NCBI GenBank assembly: GCA_026129095.1
Contig: JAHCIT010000006.1
Location: 190,235 to 254,234 of the forward strand
DNA from: Deltaproteobacteria bacterium
Lineage (GTDB): Bacteria > JAGRBM01 > JAHCIT01
Direction: 5' to 3'
DNA: 64,000 nucleotides
Part shown: positions 52,701-62,020 of the stretch, piece by piece
Layout: each line of letters begins with the position of its first letter
Numbering within the stretch: the stretch's first letter is position 1
Translations under genes and position numbers: made by a program
The notes under the pieces: model-generated
Seen by the model: the letters and a program-made list of their open reading frames with translations, nothing else
Databases searched by the model: none
What the model was told of the DNA's origin: nothing

Positions 52701-54023
52701 TCAGCCGAATACCAGATCCACCTTGATGCCGAACTCGTCGGCCTTTTTCTTGAACCGGGGCGCCTGGGAGATCAGGAAGGCAAACACGTCAAAATGAGGA
52801 TCAAACATCTTCGACATGCCCTCGAAGGTCGCGTAGGCGACCGAGATCATCGTAGCGTCGGAATCGAACGGCATGCGGTACTTGAAGGCGAGCTGGAAGG
52901 TTCGCATCATCATCTCGCCGAACTCGATCTCGCTGTGCTTGCGGCCGCGCATCATGTCCAGCACTCCATCGATATCACGGGTAAAGGCCCTGAACTCCTC
53001 CGGTGTGCCAGGAAAGCCGTAGGCCTCGTCGAGCGCAGCAGCCATCTTCTCGGCGCTCAGCCCCCAGAGGGCAAAATTCACCTTGTAATGGCTCAGGAGG
53101 TATGTGGGCTTGATCTGGGTGATCAGCCCCAGATCGATCATCACGACACCGCCATCCGGCTGGAACCACAGGTTGCCGGGGTGCATGTCGGAGTGGATGA
53201 AAAGGTCTTCGAAGGCCATCTTGATATAAACCTCGAAGAGCCGCTTGGCCATTTCAGTGGGTGACAGCGCCAGCTTGCCCGGCGCGGTTACCTCCTCGAT
53301 CCGCGCCCCGCGGACGAACTCCATCGTGAGGACTTCCTCGGAGCAGAACTCCGCATAGAGCTTCGGAATCTTCATCCACTGAACACCGGCGAAGTTCTTC
53401 TGGAACCGGCGGTTGTTTTCGGCCTCGACCCGGAGGTCGGTCTGGGCACGAATCGCCGCGCCGAACTCGGCGACCTGCTTGCCTGCCTGCGCCAGCGTAA
53501 TGACCGGCAGCCGGTCCAGTATCCAGGCGAAAAATCCGGCAATGGCGAGATCACGGTCCACCTGCTCGCGGATATTCGGCCGGAGGACCTTGACTGCCAC
53601 CTCCTCGCCGGACTTGAGATGCGCATGATGTACCTGTGCCACGCTGGCGGCAGCAACCGGCACATTGTCGAAGTCAGCATAGATATCCGCGATCGGGCGT
53701 CCGAAGTTGCGCCGAACTGCTTCCTCAACCTTCCGGAACGGAAACGGGGGGACCCGGTCCTGCAAGTGCTTCAGCTCCCCAACCAGATCGGGGGGCAGGA
53801 GATCGGGCCGGGATGATAAAATCTGCCCCAGCTTGATGAAGGTTGCTCCCATCCGCTGAAGCAGCATGCGCAGCGAACGGTATATTTTCCGGTTCCGCCA
53901 CTCGATGCGCTTTTCGCGTGTCGGACCACCCACGAACCATCCGGCAACCCGGTAAAACAGGAATTGAAACAGGAAAACGGTGACCTGCAGATAAAGCCGC
54001 ACCGCATTGAGCAGCGTCTTCAT
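52701..54023 (-). CDS. ABC1/UbiB (AarF) family atypical kinase
   Basis: FIKLGQILSSRPD, AAASVAQVH, VAVKV.RP, HSDMHPGN, IDLG. Confidence 0.92.
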   Translation of the reverse strand: MKTLLNAVRLYLQVTVFLFQFLFYRVAGWFVGGPTREKRIEWRNRKIYRSLRMLLQRMGATFIKLGQILSSRPDLLPPDLVGELKHLQDRVPPFPFRKVEEAVRRNFGRPIADIYADFDNVPVAAASVAQVHHAHLKSGEEVAVKVLRPNIREQVDRDLAIAGFFAWILDRLPVITLAQAGKQVAEFGAAIRAQTDLRVEAENNRRFQKNFAGVQWMKIPKLYAEFCSEEVLTMEFVRGARIEEVTAPGKLALSPTEMAKRLFEVYIKMAFEDLFIHSDMHPGNLWFQPDGGVVMIDLGLITQIKPTYLLSHYKVNFALWGLSAEKMAAALDEAYGFPGTPEEFRAFTRDIDGVLDMMRGRKHSEIEFGEMMMRTFQLAFKYRMPFDSDATMISVAYATFEGMSKMFDPHFDVFAFLISQAPRFKKKADEFGIKVDLVFG

Positions 54024-54136
54024 AGGAACCACAAAACTCCGGACCGGCCTTATTAAGGGTTCCCTGTATATTAGGCAAATGAAGCAGCCCCGTGCATTTC
54101 TTCCGGCGGGAAGCCCCTCTATCCTTGTCCCCACAC

Positions 54137-55612
54137 ATGAGGAAGTGGCTTCAACGGGTAGTGGATTTCCTTGAGGAACTGCTCGACATCCCCTCTTCCG
54201 CCTGGAAGTGGCTGGCGCCCACCCTGCTCGTCTCCATCATTGCCCTCGGATGGCTGCTCTACCCGCTGGGGATACACGCCGACGACTATCTGGAGGCCCT
54301 CACGGCCCGCCGTTCCGGCTGGAAGCAGTTGCTGACCTTCCAGGGAGCCCCAGTTCCGCTGCTGCTGTCGGTGTGGAAACTGGCCCTCCCATTCAGTGAC
54401 GGACCGCCGTCAGGCATCCTGAGAGTTGCAGCGGCTACCGTGCACATAATCAATTCGGTCCTGGTTTATGCAGCTCTGTGTGGCATCTTCTCCAGGTATA
54501 CGCGGCTCGCGGCGGCTATGACTTTTTTCGCCTATCGCGGCGGCAACTGGGTGCTGCTCTGGGCAGCGACTTTCAAGGACGCACTAATGACCCTGTTTGT
54601 CCTGCTGGCGGTCATCCTGTGGCGGCGCGGGATGGAACACCCACGCTGCCGGCTCTGGGCCAGCCTGCCCGCTGCCGCCGCCATGATGTGCAAACCCACT
54701 GCCATCGTGCTCGCGCCGCTGCTGCTACTCCACCAGCTCTGGATGGAGGACCGCGATAGCTGGACCCTTCGCTTGCAAAAGGCTGCCGGCGGGCTGCTAC
54801 TCGTTTCCTCCGTTCTGGGCGCCCTCCTGGCCAATGCGCTTCTCAACCCCGGTATCTGGTCCGGTTACACACCGGGCCGCGGCCTGCCGGACATCGAATA
54901 CGCCCCGCTCTATCTGGCCGGAATGTATAGCTACCTGGCGGCTTGGTCCCTGCTGCCGGTCAGTCCAGATCTGGATATCCAGAGCCAATCGTGGCTCGCG
55001 GCCTCAGGCTTCATCATCATCTGCGGAATCGCTGCCGCGTTTTTCCGTTTCGACAGGATGGTGAAATGGGGAATTGCCTGGCATGCCGCCTTCACCGCCC
55101 TTCCCCTTTATGCCAACGGAGGCATGCCCTCGCCGCACTATTCCTACGCAGCGGCATTCGGGCTAACGCTGGCAGTATTCCGCGCTGGTGGTCTCGTTTA
55201 CAGGCGGAGCTCAGGTGCCCGGCCGGCCATTCTGGTGGTGGGAATACTCTGGCTGGCGGGCACACTGGTCCATTGGCCGTCCGATCTGAGGCTTTTTCAC
55301 CGCATGGGCAAGGCAGGCCAGGATGCACGCCATGTGATCCTGGCTCATAAAGATGACGTGCTGGCATCCGGCAGGGTATATGCGACGAGCCCACATCCAC
55401 GCCTGCTCCCGCTTATGACAGTTAACAGCCACCTTTTCGAGTTTGAGCTGGGCAATCCAGTCAGAGTCGTCCACCCGCAATCGCCCGCCTGTCCGGCAAC
55501 CGATGGCATTCCCTGCCTGTACCTGGCACATTCAAAAGCCGAGTTAGCCGCCTGCACCAGTAACGCTGCCGATAGCTGCATGATATGGACGCCCGCCACC
55601 CGTAATCCTTAA
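54137..55612 (+). CDS. Multi-TM GT-C-like glycosyltransferase, tandem paralog 1
   Basis: HADDY, WKL, H..NS, VLLWA, CK, HYSYAAAFG, Cys-containing C-terminal tail. Confidence 0.65.
   Translation: MRKWLQRVVDFLEELLDIPSSAWKWLAPTLLVSIIALGWLLYPLGIHADDYLEALTARRSGWKQLLTFQGAPVPLLLSVWKLALPFSDGPPSGILRVAAATVHIINSVLVYAALCGIFSRYTRLAAAMTFFAYRGGNWVLLWAATFKDALMTLFVLLAVILWRRGMEHPRCRLWASLPAAAAMMCKPTAIVLAPLLLLHQLWMEDRDSWTLRLQKAAGGLLLVSSVLGALLANALLNPGIWSGYTPGRGLPDIEYAPLYLAGMYSYLAAWSLLPVSPDLDIQSQSWLAASGFIIICGIAAAFFRFDRMVKWGIAWHAAFTALPLYANGGMPSPHYSYAAAFGLTLAVFRAGGLVYRRSSGARPAILVVGILWLAGTLVHWPSDLRLFHRMGKAGQDARHVILAHKDDVLASGRVYATSPHPRLLPLMTVNSHLFEFELGNPVRVVHPQSPACPATDGIPCLYLAHSKAELAACTSNAADSCMIWTPATRNP
54587..54857 (+). 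repeat. 271-bp direct repeat, copy 1
   Basis: Identical by eye to 56132-56402 (offset 1545). Confidence 0.9.
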
Positions 55613-55681
55613 AAGCGCAAGCCGGGAAACCAAACGGTTTCTTCCGGCGGAAGTCCACACTATTCTTTTCCAACCAGACAG

Positions 55682-57157
55682 ATGGCGAACCACTCCCTCC
55701 ATGCAGGAGCTTCCCTGAAAGAGTTCCTCGATATACCTGCTTCCGCGTGGAAATGGCTGGCACCAATGGCCCTTATCGCTGGCATCCTGCTGGCGTGGCT
55801 GGTCTATCCTTTGGGCCTCCACTGCGACGATTACTGGGAGGCCCTCGTTGCCCGCCAGATCTCCTGGCTGGAGTTGCTGACTTTCCAAGGCGCACCCATT
55901 CCCATTCATCTTGGTATCTGGAAGCTGGCATTGCCTTTCAGCGAGGGCCCCCCGTCCGGGATACTCCGGGCCGTATCGGTATTCGTGCATGTGGCGAATT
56001 CGATCCTTGTGTATTCCGCCCTTCGCGACCTGTTTTCCCGGCAAACCAGGGTTGCTGCCGCGTTTGCATTTTTGGCCTACCGGTGTGGCAACACGGTCCT
56101 GTTCTGGGCTCCGACCCTGAAGGATTCCCTGATGACCCTGTTTGTCCTGCTGGCGGTCATCCTGTGGCGGCGCGGGATGGAACACCCACGCTGCCGGCTC
56201 TGGGCCAGCCTGCCCGCTGCCGCCGCCATGATGTGCAAACCCACTGCCATCGTGCTCGCGCCGCTGCTGCTACTCCACCAGCTCTGGATGGAGGACCGCG
56301 ATAGCTGGACCCTTCGCTTGCAAAAGGCTGCCGGCGGGCTGCTACTCGTTTCCTCCGTTCTGGGCGCCCTCCTGGCCAATGCGCTTCTCAACCCCGGTAT
56401 CTACTCCGATCATTCGGCTGGAGTAACGATGCCTGCCGTTGAATCTGTCCCGCTGTATCTTCTCGGCCATTTCAACAACTACGCGGCCTGGTCGCTACTG
56501 CCCGTCATTCCAGACCTGGGGATTCTCAGCCACGCGTGGATTTCGGTTGCCGGTACCCTGCTCTTTTTCGGAGCGGCCGCCGGGTTTTTCTGGTTTGACC
56601 GGAAAGTGAAATGGGGAATCGCCTGGTACACGGCTTTTGTGCTGCTTCCTCTATACGCCAACGGCGGCTCGCCCGCACCCCACTATTCCTATGCCGCTGC
56701 ATTTGGCCTGCTGCTCGCCATATTTCGGTCAGGACAAATCCTGCTGGCCCATATACCGCAGATGCAGCCGGTAGTTCTGGCTGCCGGACTTATCTGGCTT
56801 ACCGCAACGACATTCCACTGGCCCAGCGACCTGCGCCATTTTCGCGTCGCCGGAAAGGTGGGACTGGATACCCGGCACCAGCTTATCCTTCACCAGAACG
56901 AACTGCTGGATGCTGGGTCATACTACCTCACCGGTGCCAAACTCCCCCTGCCGCCGCTACTTGTGGCTGAAACCCGCATGATCGAGTTCGATCTGGGTCA
57001 GACGCTCCAGACCCGGCGTCCCCCGAACGGCGAGTGTCCCCATGAGAATGCATACCCCTGTATCAGCATGATCTCGAAAATATCGGATGCTTATGCCTGC
57101 GCCGATACACCTCCGGGCGGGTGCATTACCTATGTATCCGCACGTCGATCTCCTTAA
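55682..57157 (+). CDS. Multi-TM GT-C-like glycosyltransferase, tandem paralog 2
   Basis: HCDDY, WKL, H..NS, VLFWA, CK, HYSYAAAFG, Cys-containing C-terminal tail. Confidence 0.65.
   Translation: MANHSLHAGASLKEFLDIPASAWKWLAPMALIAGILLAWLVYPLGLHCDDYWEALVARQISWLELLTFQGAPIPIHLGIWKLALPFSEGPPSGILRAVSVFVHVANSILVYSALRDLFSRQTRVAAAFAFLAYRCGNTVLFWAPTLKDSLMTLFVLLAVILWRRGMEHPRCRLWASLPAAAAMMCKPTAIVLAPLLLLHQLWMEDRDSWTLRLQKAAGGLLLVSSVLGALLANALLNPGIYSDHSAGVTMPAVESVPLYLLGHFNNYAAWSLLPVIPDLGILSHAWISVAGTLLFFGAAAGFFWFDRKVKWGIAWYTAFVLLPLYANGGSPAPHYSYAAAFGLLLAIFRSGQILLAHIPQMQPVVLAAGLIWLTATTFHWPSDLRHFRVAGKVGLDTRHQLILHQNELLDAGSYYLTGAKLPLPPLLVAETRMIEFDLGQTLQTRRPPNGECPHENAYPCISMISKISDAYACADTPPGGCITYVSARRSP
56132..56402 (+). 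repeat. 271-bp direct repeat, copy 2
   Basis: Identical by eye to 54587-54857. Confidence 0.9.
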
Positions 57158-57424
57158 AACACATCGAATTGCCTGATACGGGCCATTATACGTGTGACAC
57201 GTCCTGACATATGCCCGTGTCATGATCTCCTCGTGGCCGCCGCAAACGGTCGCAGGAAGGCAGGGCAAAGAAATGGGACTGTTTCCGGTGTGGGTCTCCG
57301 AGGGTATTACGGTGGGGCTTTTGACGCTCGGGGCGAGTGCCGCGCTGCATGCCATAGCGGGGACTGTTCTGTGGACCGCCAGATGGCTTGGGCATCACAT
57401 CTGGCAGGCGACAGCGCGCAAGGC

Positions 57425-58792
57425 TCAGAACGGATAACCCATCTTGACGAATGCCACCATGCCGTCACGGGAGAAGCCAAAATCCACGCGGACAAGGATG
57501 TCGGGGCGGACCTCGAGCCGCCAGCCCACTCCGCCCGTGTATTCCATGTCCTTGAAGCCCAGATCGCCGCTGCTGTGGAATACTCGTCCCATCTCGAAGA
57601 ACGGGTCCAGCCGCACCTCTGATTCCACATCGAACCAGTTCAGCCGGACCAGCGCCACGCGAACCTCTGCCTGAAACAGAAGGCGGCCATTGTCGTAGAA
57701 ACGCCCGCCACCAAACCCCCGGAGCGCGGAGTCTCCACCCAGTGCGGGAAGCCGCATGAAAGGAATTGCGCTGGAGCCGTATACGTGATCGACCAGGCCG
57801 CGGACGACGCCATAAACCCGTTCGGAAAACGGACGCAGATGAAGCGCCTCTCCGCCCCACCCCCAGTAGCCCACGTCACTTCCAAACGATTCGGAACTCC
57901 GGTACCCATACATCCGCATGAATGTTCCCACCCGGGAAAACTCCCCGTCCGGCCGGGTATCCATCTCCACAGCTGTCCGGTGGACTACTGTCAATGACTT
58001 AGGAGTGCCGGGAAGACCGGGATAGACCGCCAGTGTCGAAGGCACGCCGGGAATCACATCCGGCTTGATACGTGTGCGGTAAACCTCGCCTTCATAGACG
58101 AGGTTAAACGCCCCCAGCACCTTAACCCCCACACGCCCTCCGGCATGGTAATCCTCCATCGTGAAGGCACTCTGCCCCGACGCCGGGGTTCCGGCGCCGG
58201 TGCCGTAGAACCGTCGGTAGGGATCATTGATGTATGAGGCCCGCAGCGAGGCAAAAAACGGCGTGCCAAAGATGGGATTCTGATCCAGCTCGAACATCGC
58301 CTCCCGGTAGACCCTCTCGGCGATCGAACCATACAGGCGAACCTTGGAACCCGGCCGGAAGTAACCCTGGTAGTCGAGCGTGCCGGTGTGTCCAATGATC
58401 CCGTTCCACGTGTACTGTGGGGAGATGATCCCGATGATCGCGTTCGTCGTCCGCCGCTGGACAAGGAATATGCCCATCGCTCCGGCTGTGGGCCCCTCGT
58501 TCGGATCCAGATCGAACACGGGCACCGGCACAAACTGCACCCGGTTCCCGCCAGCCTCAAACGTCCGCTGCGGATTCATCCGCTCCAGCAGTTCCATGAC
58601 CCGCGGATCGATAAACGGCGTTTCGTCCGTCTTTCCCTTTCCGGATTTTTCAGCCTCGACGGGTGCTGACGATTCCGGGGCGGCATTTGCCACACCCGCC
58701 TCCATAACCAGCACCGCCAGCAACCATGCGGCCCGGAAAACCCGGGCAGGAAAGAGGCGGCGTATGCCAGAAGGGAAAGCGGAAATGATCAC
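57425..58792 (-). CDS. Omp85/BamA-TamA-family outer membrane beta-barrel
   Basis: LGG..ALRGF...RF.D, GVG.R, VRVDFG, C-terminal GYPF; start uncertain. Confidence 0.8.
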   Translation of the reverse strand: MIISAFPSGIRRLFPARVFRAAWLLAVLVMEAGVANAAPESSAPVEAEKSGKGKTDETPFIDPRVMELLERMNPQRTFEAGGNRVQFVPVPVFDLDPNEGPTAGAMGIFLVQRRTTNAIIGIISPQYTWNGIIGHTGTLDYQGYFRPGSKVRLYGSIAERVYREAMFELDQNPIFGTPFFASLRASYINDPYRRFYGTGAGTPASGQSAFTMEDYHAGGRVGVKVLGAFNLVYEGEVYRTRIKPDVIPGVPSTLAVYPGLPGTPKSLTVVHRTAVEMDTRPDGEFSRVGTFMRMYGYRSSESFGSDVGYWGWGGEALHLRPFSERVYGVVRGLVDHVYGSSAIPFMRLPALGGDSALRGFGGGRFYDNGRLLFQAEVRVALVRLNWFDVESEVRLDPFFEMGRVFHSSGDLGFKDMEYTGGVGWRLEVRPDILVRVDFGFSRDGMVAFVKMGYPF

Positions 58793-58921
58793 TGGTGCTG
58801 AGTCTACCCCGCTGGCAGCGACCGGTGTAAATGCCCGCTTGGTGACGAGGCGCATATCCACCGGGAAAGCGGCGCCCGCTGCGCTTATGGAAGTACTCAA
58901 TCATTCCGCTGCGTTATCTGG

Positions 58922-58951
58922 TTGACAGCGGTTCCATAACTGCCCTATATT
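58922..58951 (+). promoter_or_regulatory. Sigma70 promoter of the parA-like operon
   Basis: TTGACA-N18-TATATT, about 50 nt upstream of ATG59004. Confidence 0.55.
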
Positions 58952-59003
58952 GCCTGTGTATCGAGTTCCTTAAGGTGAGGGCTGCACCGATTCCGGGCGG
59001 CCC

Positions 59004-60143
59004 ATGAAATCCGGCACAGCAATCAAGCCATCTCTCCGGACCTGCAGCGTCTGCGGTAAGCCCTTTGAACTCCAGTTCAGCTTCCAGCATCGAACCGAAG
59101 ACGGCGCCGAACATTACTACTGCAGTTCGGCGTGCCTGCTCGAAGAATCTTCCACTGGTCCGAAACTGATCGATGTCGACACCGGAGAGCCGGTTTCCAC
59201 CCGCGACGACAGCTCCGTGCAGTGCGATCACTGCAAGCGCCAGTTCAAGATTGCCTACCTTGGCCAGCTGGTCGTGGCGGGTTCCAGAACTCGCCGCGTG
59301 TGCAGCCCTGAATGTCGCGCCGCCATAGTGAAAACCGTCACGTCGAAACACCGGGTCCACCGGATCGCGGTGATGAACCAGAAGGGCGGCACCGGAAAAA
59401 CGACAACCTCGGTCACCTTGGCAGCGGGCCTTGCCGCGAAAGGTCACCGCGTGCTCCTCGTTGATATGGATTCGCAGGGGAATGTGGGTGCCTCGCTAGG
59501 CGTCCGGGGCGAAAAGTCGATCTATCATGTCCTGATCGACTCCATTCCCCCGCAGGAAGCTTCCGTCCCCGTCCGTCCCGGCCTTGATGTCATTACATCG
59601 GACGAGACAGTCGCCGCTGCCGAGATCCGCCTCGTGAACATGAAGCGCCGCGAGCGTCTCCTCCGCCAACGTCTCGAAGGTCTGGGCGACTATGACTATG
59701 TGGTACTGGACTGCGCACCGAGCCTTTCCATCGTCAACCAGAACGCGCTCACTTTCGCCGAAAGCGTGCTGATCCCGGTGTCGTGCGACTTCCTCGCCAT
59801 GTATGGCGTAAAGCAGATACTCCGGACCATCCGCTACGTGCGGGAACAGCTTATGCACCCGATCGAGATACTCGGCGTCCTGCCCACCTTCTACGATCCG
59901 CGCGCACGGATCACCCATGACGTCGTGGCCAGCCTGAAGGACTACTTCAAGGACCAGATGTTCCAGCCAATCCGCGCAAACTCGAAGCTGAAGGAAGCCC
60001 CGTCCTACCGGAAAACCATCTTTGAATACGACCCGAAGTGCCCCTCGGCGCTCGACTACCAGGCCCTGGTAGACAGCGTGGTGGAGCGCCTCCGGTCCAG
60101 AAACGAAAACCCACGCCCGCAAGCTGCGGGCGCTACCGCCTGA
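59004..60143 (+). CDS. ParA/Soj-family ATPase with two N-terminal Cys4 (TRASH/MYM-like) fingers
   Basis: CxxC...CSxxC twice; NQKGGTGKTT, DMDSQGN, LDCAPS, L.EAPS. Confidence 0.9.
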   Translation: MKSGTAIKPSLRTCSVCGKPFELQFSFQHRTEDGAEHYYCSSACLLEESSTGPKLIDVDTGEPVSTRDDSSVQCDHCKRQFKIAYLGQLVVAGSRTRRVCSPECRAAIVKTVTSKHRVHRIAVMNQKGGTGKTTTSVTLAAGLAAKGHRVLLVDMDSQGNVGASLGVRGEKSIYHVLIDSIPPQEASVPVRPGLDVITSDETVAAAEIRLVNMKRRERLLRQRLEGLGDYDYVVLDCAPSLSIVNQNALTFAESVLIPVSCDFLAMYGVKQILRTIRYVREQLMHPIEILGVLPTFYDPRARITHDVVASLKDYFKDQMFQPIRANSKLKEAPSYRKTIFEYDPKCPSALDYQALVDSVVERLRSRNENPRPQAAGATA

Positions 60144-60184
60144 GGGCGGCACAACCCCAACCCCCAACGGAGACCCGAACGCAC

Positions 60185-60475
60185 ATGGAACACAAGAAGC
60201 ACGAAGCCCTCGCGATGGCGCCCGCCCTGGGACGCAACCCGCTGACCGAAGACGTCATGGAGCGGACCTTTTACCGGCCTGCGCGTGACGACGGCGAGGA
60301 CAAGCCCACCCATTACAAGATCGTGTCAATCTCCTTGTACCTTGAGGACATCGATCTGCTGAACCGGATGGTCGCCGATCTCAAGGCCAAGGGGCATACC
60401 AAGGCGAACAAAAGCGCGCTCATTCGCGCCGCCCTGCGCCAGTGCGATCTGGACAAGGTGCCGAAGAACATCTGA
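60185..60475 (+). CDS. Small putative ribbon-helix-helix protein, candidate ParA partner
   Basis: Flexible N-terminus with ALGRNPL; KIVSISL beta strand, helix, NKSALIRAAL helix; GGAG RBS. Confidence 0.7.
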   Translation: MEHKKHEALAMAPALGRNPLTEDVMERTFYRPARDDGEDKPTHYKIVSISLYLEDIDLLNRMVADLKAKGHTKANKSALIRAALRQCDLDKVPKNI

Positions 60476-60517
60476 ACCGCGGTTCTGTCAGCGCCCACTG
60501 GGCCTGAAATAACCGGA

Positions 60518-60549
60518 AATGCCCGGTTCCCGAACGGGGGCCGGGCATT
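60518..60549. terminator. Hairpin between convergent genes (probable terminator)
   Basis: AATGCCCGGTTCCC-GAAC-GGGGGCCGGGCATT, 14-bp stem including G-U pairs. Confidence 0.6.
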
Positions 60550-60566
60550 CGGCTGGAAAAACAGGC

Positions 60567-60887
60567 TTACTGCTTGATGGCCGCGTCAACGAGCTTCTTC
60601 AGCTCGCCGCTGGAATACAGTTCACGGGTAATATCACAACCGCCAACGAACTGGCCGTCGATGTAAAGCTGCGGGATAGTCGGCCAGTTTGAATACCGCT
60701 TGATGCCTTCACGGATATCCATGTCCTCAAGAACGTCCACTGTCTCGAACGGGATTTCCATGCGGCGGAGAATATCCACCACCGTCGCTGAAAAACCGCA
60801 CATCGGCATCAGCTTGTTCCCTTTCATGAACAGGACCACCTTGTTGTTCTTGACCATCGCGTCAATCTTCTGCTGTGCGTCTGACAT
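60567..60887 (-). CDS. grxD: Monothiol glutaredoxin Grx4
   Basis: LFMKG, CGFS, WPTIPQLY, GGCDI. Confidence 0.95.
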   Translation of the reverse strand: MSDAQQKIDAMVKNNKVVLFMKGNKLMPMCGFSATVVDILRRMEIPFETVDVLEDMDIREGIKRYSNWPTIPQLYIDGQFVGGCDITRELYSSGELKKLVDAAIKQ

Positions 60888-60953
60888 CTTTCCTGCTCCC
60901 TAGAGCGCGCCCGCCGGGGCGCGGTCATCATCGTGAGAATTCGCCTGTGCTTT

Positions 60954-61193
60954 TCAGGCCGGGGCCTGCGTTTTCAGCGCCAGAGCATGCAACGGCGCCC
61001 CCGGTCCAGCCATCAGGTCCGAAAGGGACTTGTACACCCGTTGATGCTGCTGGACCATCGACAAGCTTCGAAACTGCTCGGCGGTCACATGGACACTGAA
61101 ATGATCACCACCTCCGGTGGTATCCTCCACTATGACACTGGCACCGGGCAGTTCCGCCTCGATCCGCCGCCTGATTTCTGCAGGGTTCACCAT
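60954..61193 (-). CDS. BolA family protein
   Basis: GGGDHF, F...SMVQQHQRVY, LHALALKT. Confidence 0.92.
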   Translation of the reverse strand: MVNPAEIRRRIEAELPGASVIVEDTTGGGDHFSVHVTAEQFRSLSMVQQHQRVYKSLSDLMAGPGAPLHALALKTQAPA

Positions 61194-61399
61194 AATACTG
61201 CCACCGGCCTCCAATTTAACCGATCGTCGGCAGAAGTGATATCCAGTCGGACAGGAATAATGGCTGCCGGATGCCCATTTGAATAAATCCCTGGCAGGCC
61301 GGGGAAAAGGGGTATCATGCAAATCACAGACACAGGGAGCCGGGGAGCTTATGTTCGGAACACTGGAAACCCCGGTCAGCCAAGTCTAAAGGAGCGCCC

Positions 61400-62014
61400 T
61401 TGAAAGCATACCACCTGCTGTTCGCCGCCATCGCTTTTCTCGCCATTCTCGTCATCCCCGCCGCTTCCCAGCCAAAACGGGCCGGGACCATTGCCCTTGT
61501 TAATGGCCGGGTGATCGTGACGTCCAGGGGCGTCACTTTCCCGGCGGAACCCGGTTCGCCCGTCTATGAGGGCGACAGGATACGGTCGTTCAATCCGGGC
61601 AAGGCGAAAATCGTCTTTACCGATGATACGATCATCAACATTGGCCGTGATACGGAGTTCGAGATCAAAACGGCCAGTTTCAGCCTTTTCCGGCGGGATT
61701 CGTCTTTCGATGTATTTCGGGGCCGCTTCAAGGTGGCCGTCGGCAAGCTCTTCACCGGCACCAGCCAGTTCGAACTGCGCACTCCCACCGTCGTCACTGG
61801 CGTCCGGGGGACCGTATTCTGGGGCGACACGGAACTGGATGCCATGTGCGCGCTGCAGGGGGAGATAGAGGTGACGCCGGTCTCGAACCCCTCCGCCCGG
61901 CAGTATCTCAAGGATGGCCAGTGTGCCGCTGGCTACAAGGGCGGGAACCCTGCCGCCATTTCGCCGACCGCCGAAGCAGTCCGCGGATATATTGACGAGG
62001 TAACGCCGGAGTAA
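61400..62014 (+). CDS. Exported FecR-domain protein
   Basis: Signal peptide, GDRI.S...A.I.F.D.T, TPT...GVRGT.F, G.IEV. Confidence 0.8.
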   Translation: MKAYHLLFAAIAFLAILVIPAASQPKRAGTIALVNGRVIVTSRGVTFPAEPGSPVYEGDRIRSFNPGKAKIVFTDDTIINIGRDTEFEIKTASFSLFRRDSSFDVFRGRFKVAVGKLFTGTSQFELRTPTVVTGVRGTVFWGDTELDAMCALQGEIEVTPVSNPSARQYLKDGQCAAGYKGGNPAAISPTAEAVRGYIDEVTPE

Positions 62015-62020
62015 GCGGCC

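Noticed and set aside
54587-56402. Diversity-generating retroelement TR/VR pair
   Set aside because: The copies are identical rather than differing at adenines, both lie mid-gene, and no reverse transcriptase is present
58900-60566. parS or centromere-like iterons near the ParA pair
   Set aside because: No parS palindrome or clear direct-repeat array seen by eye
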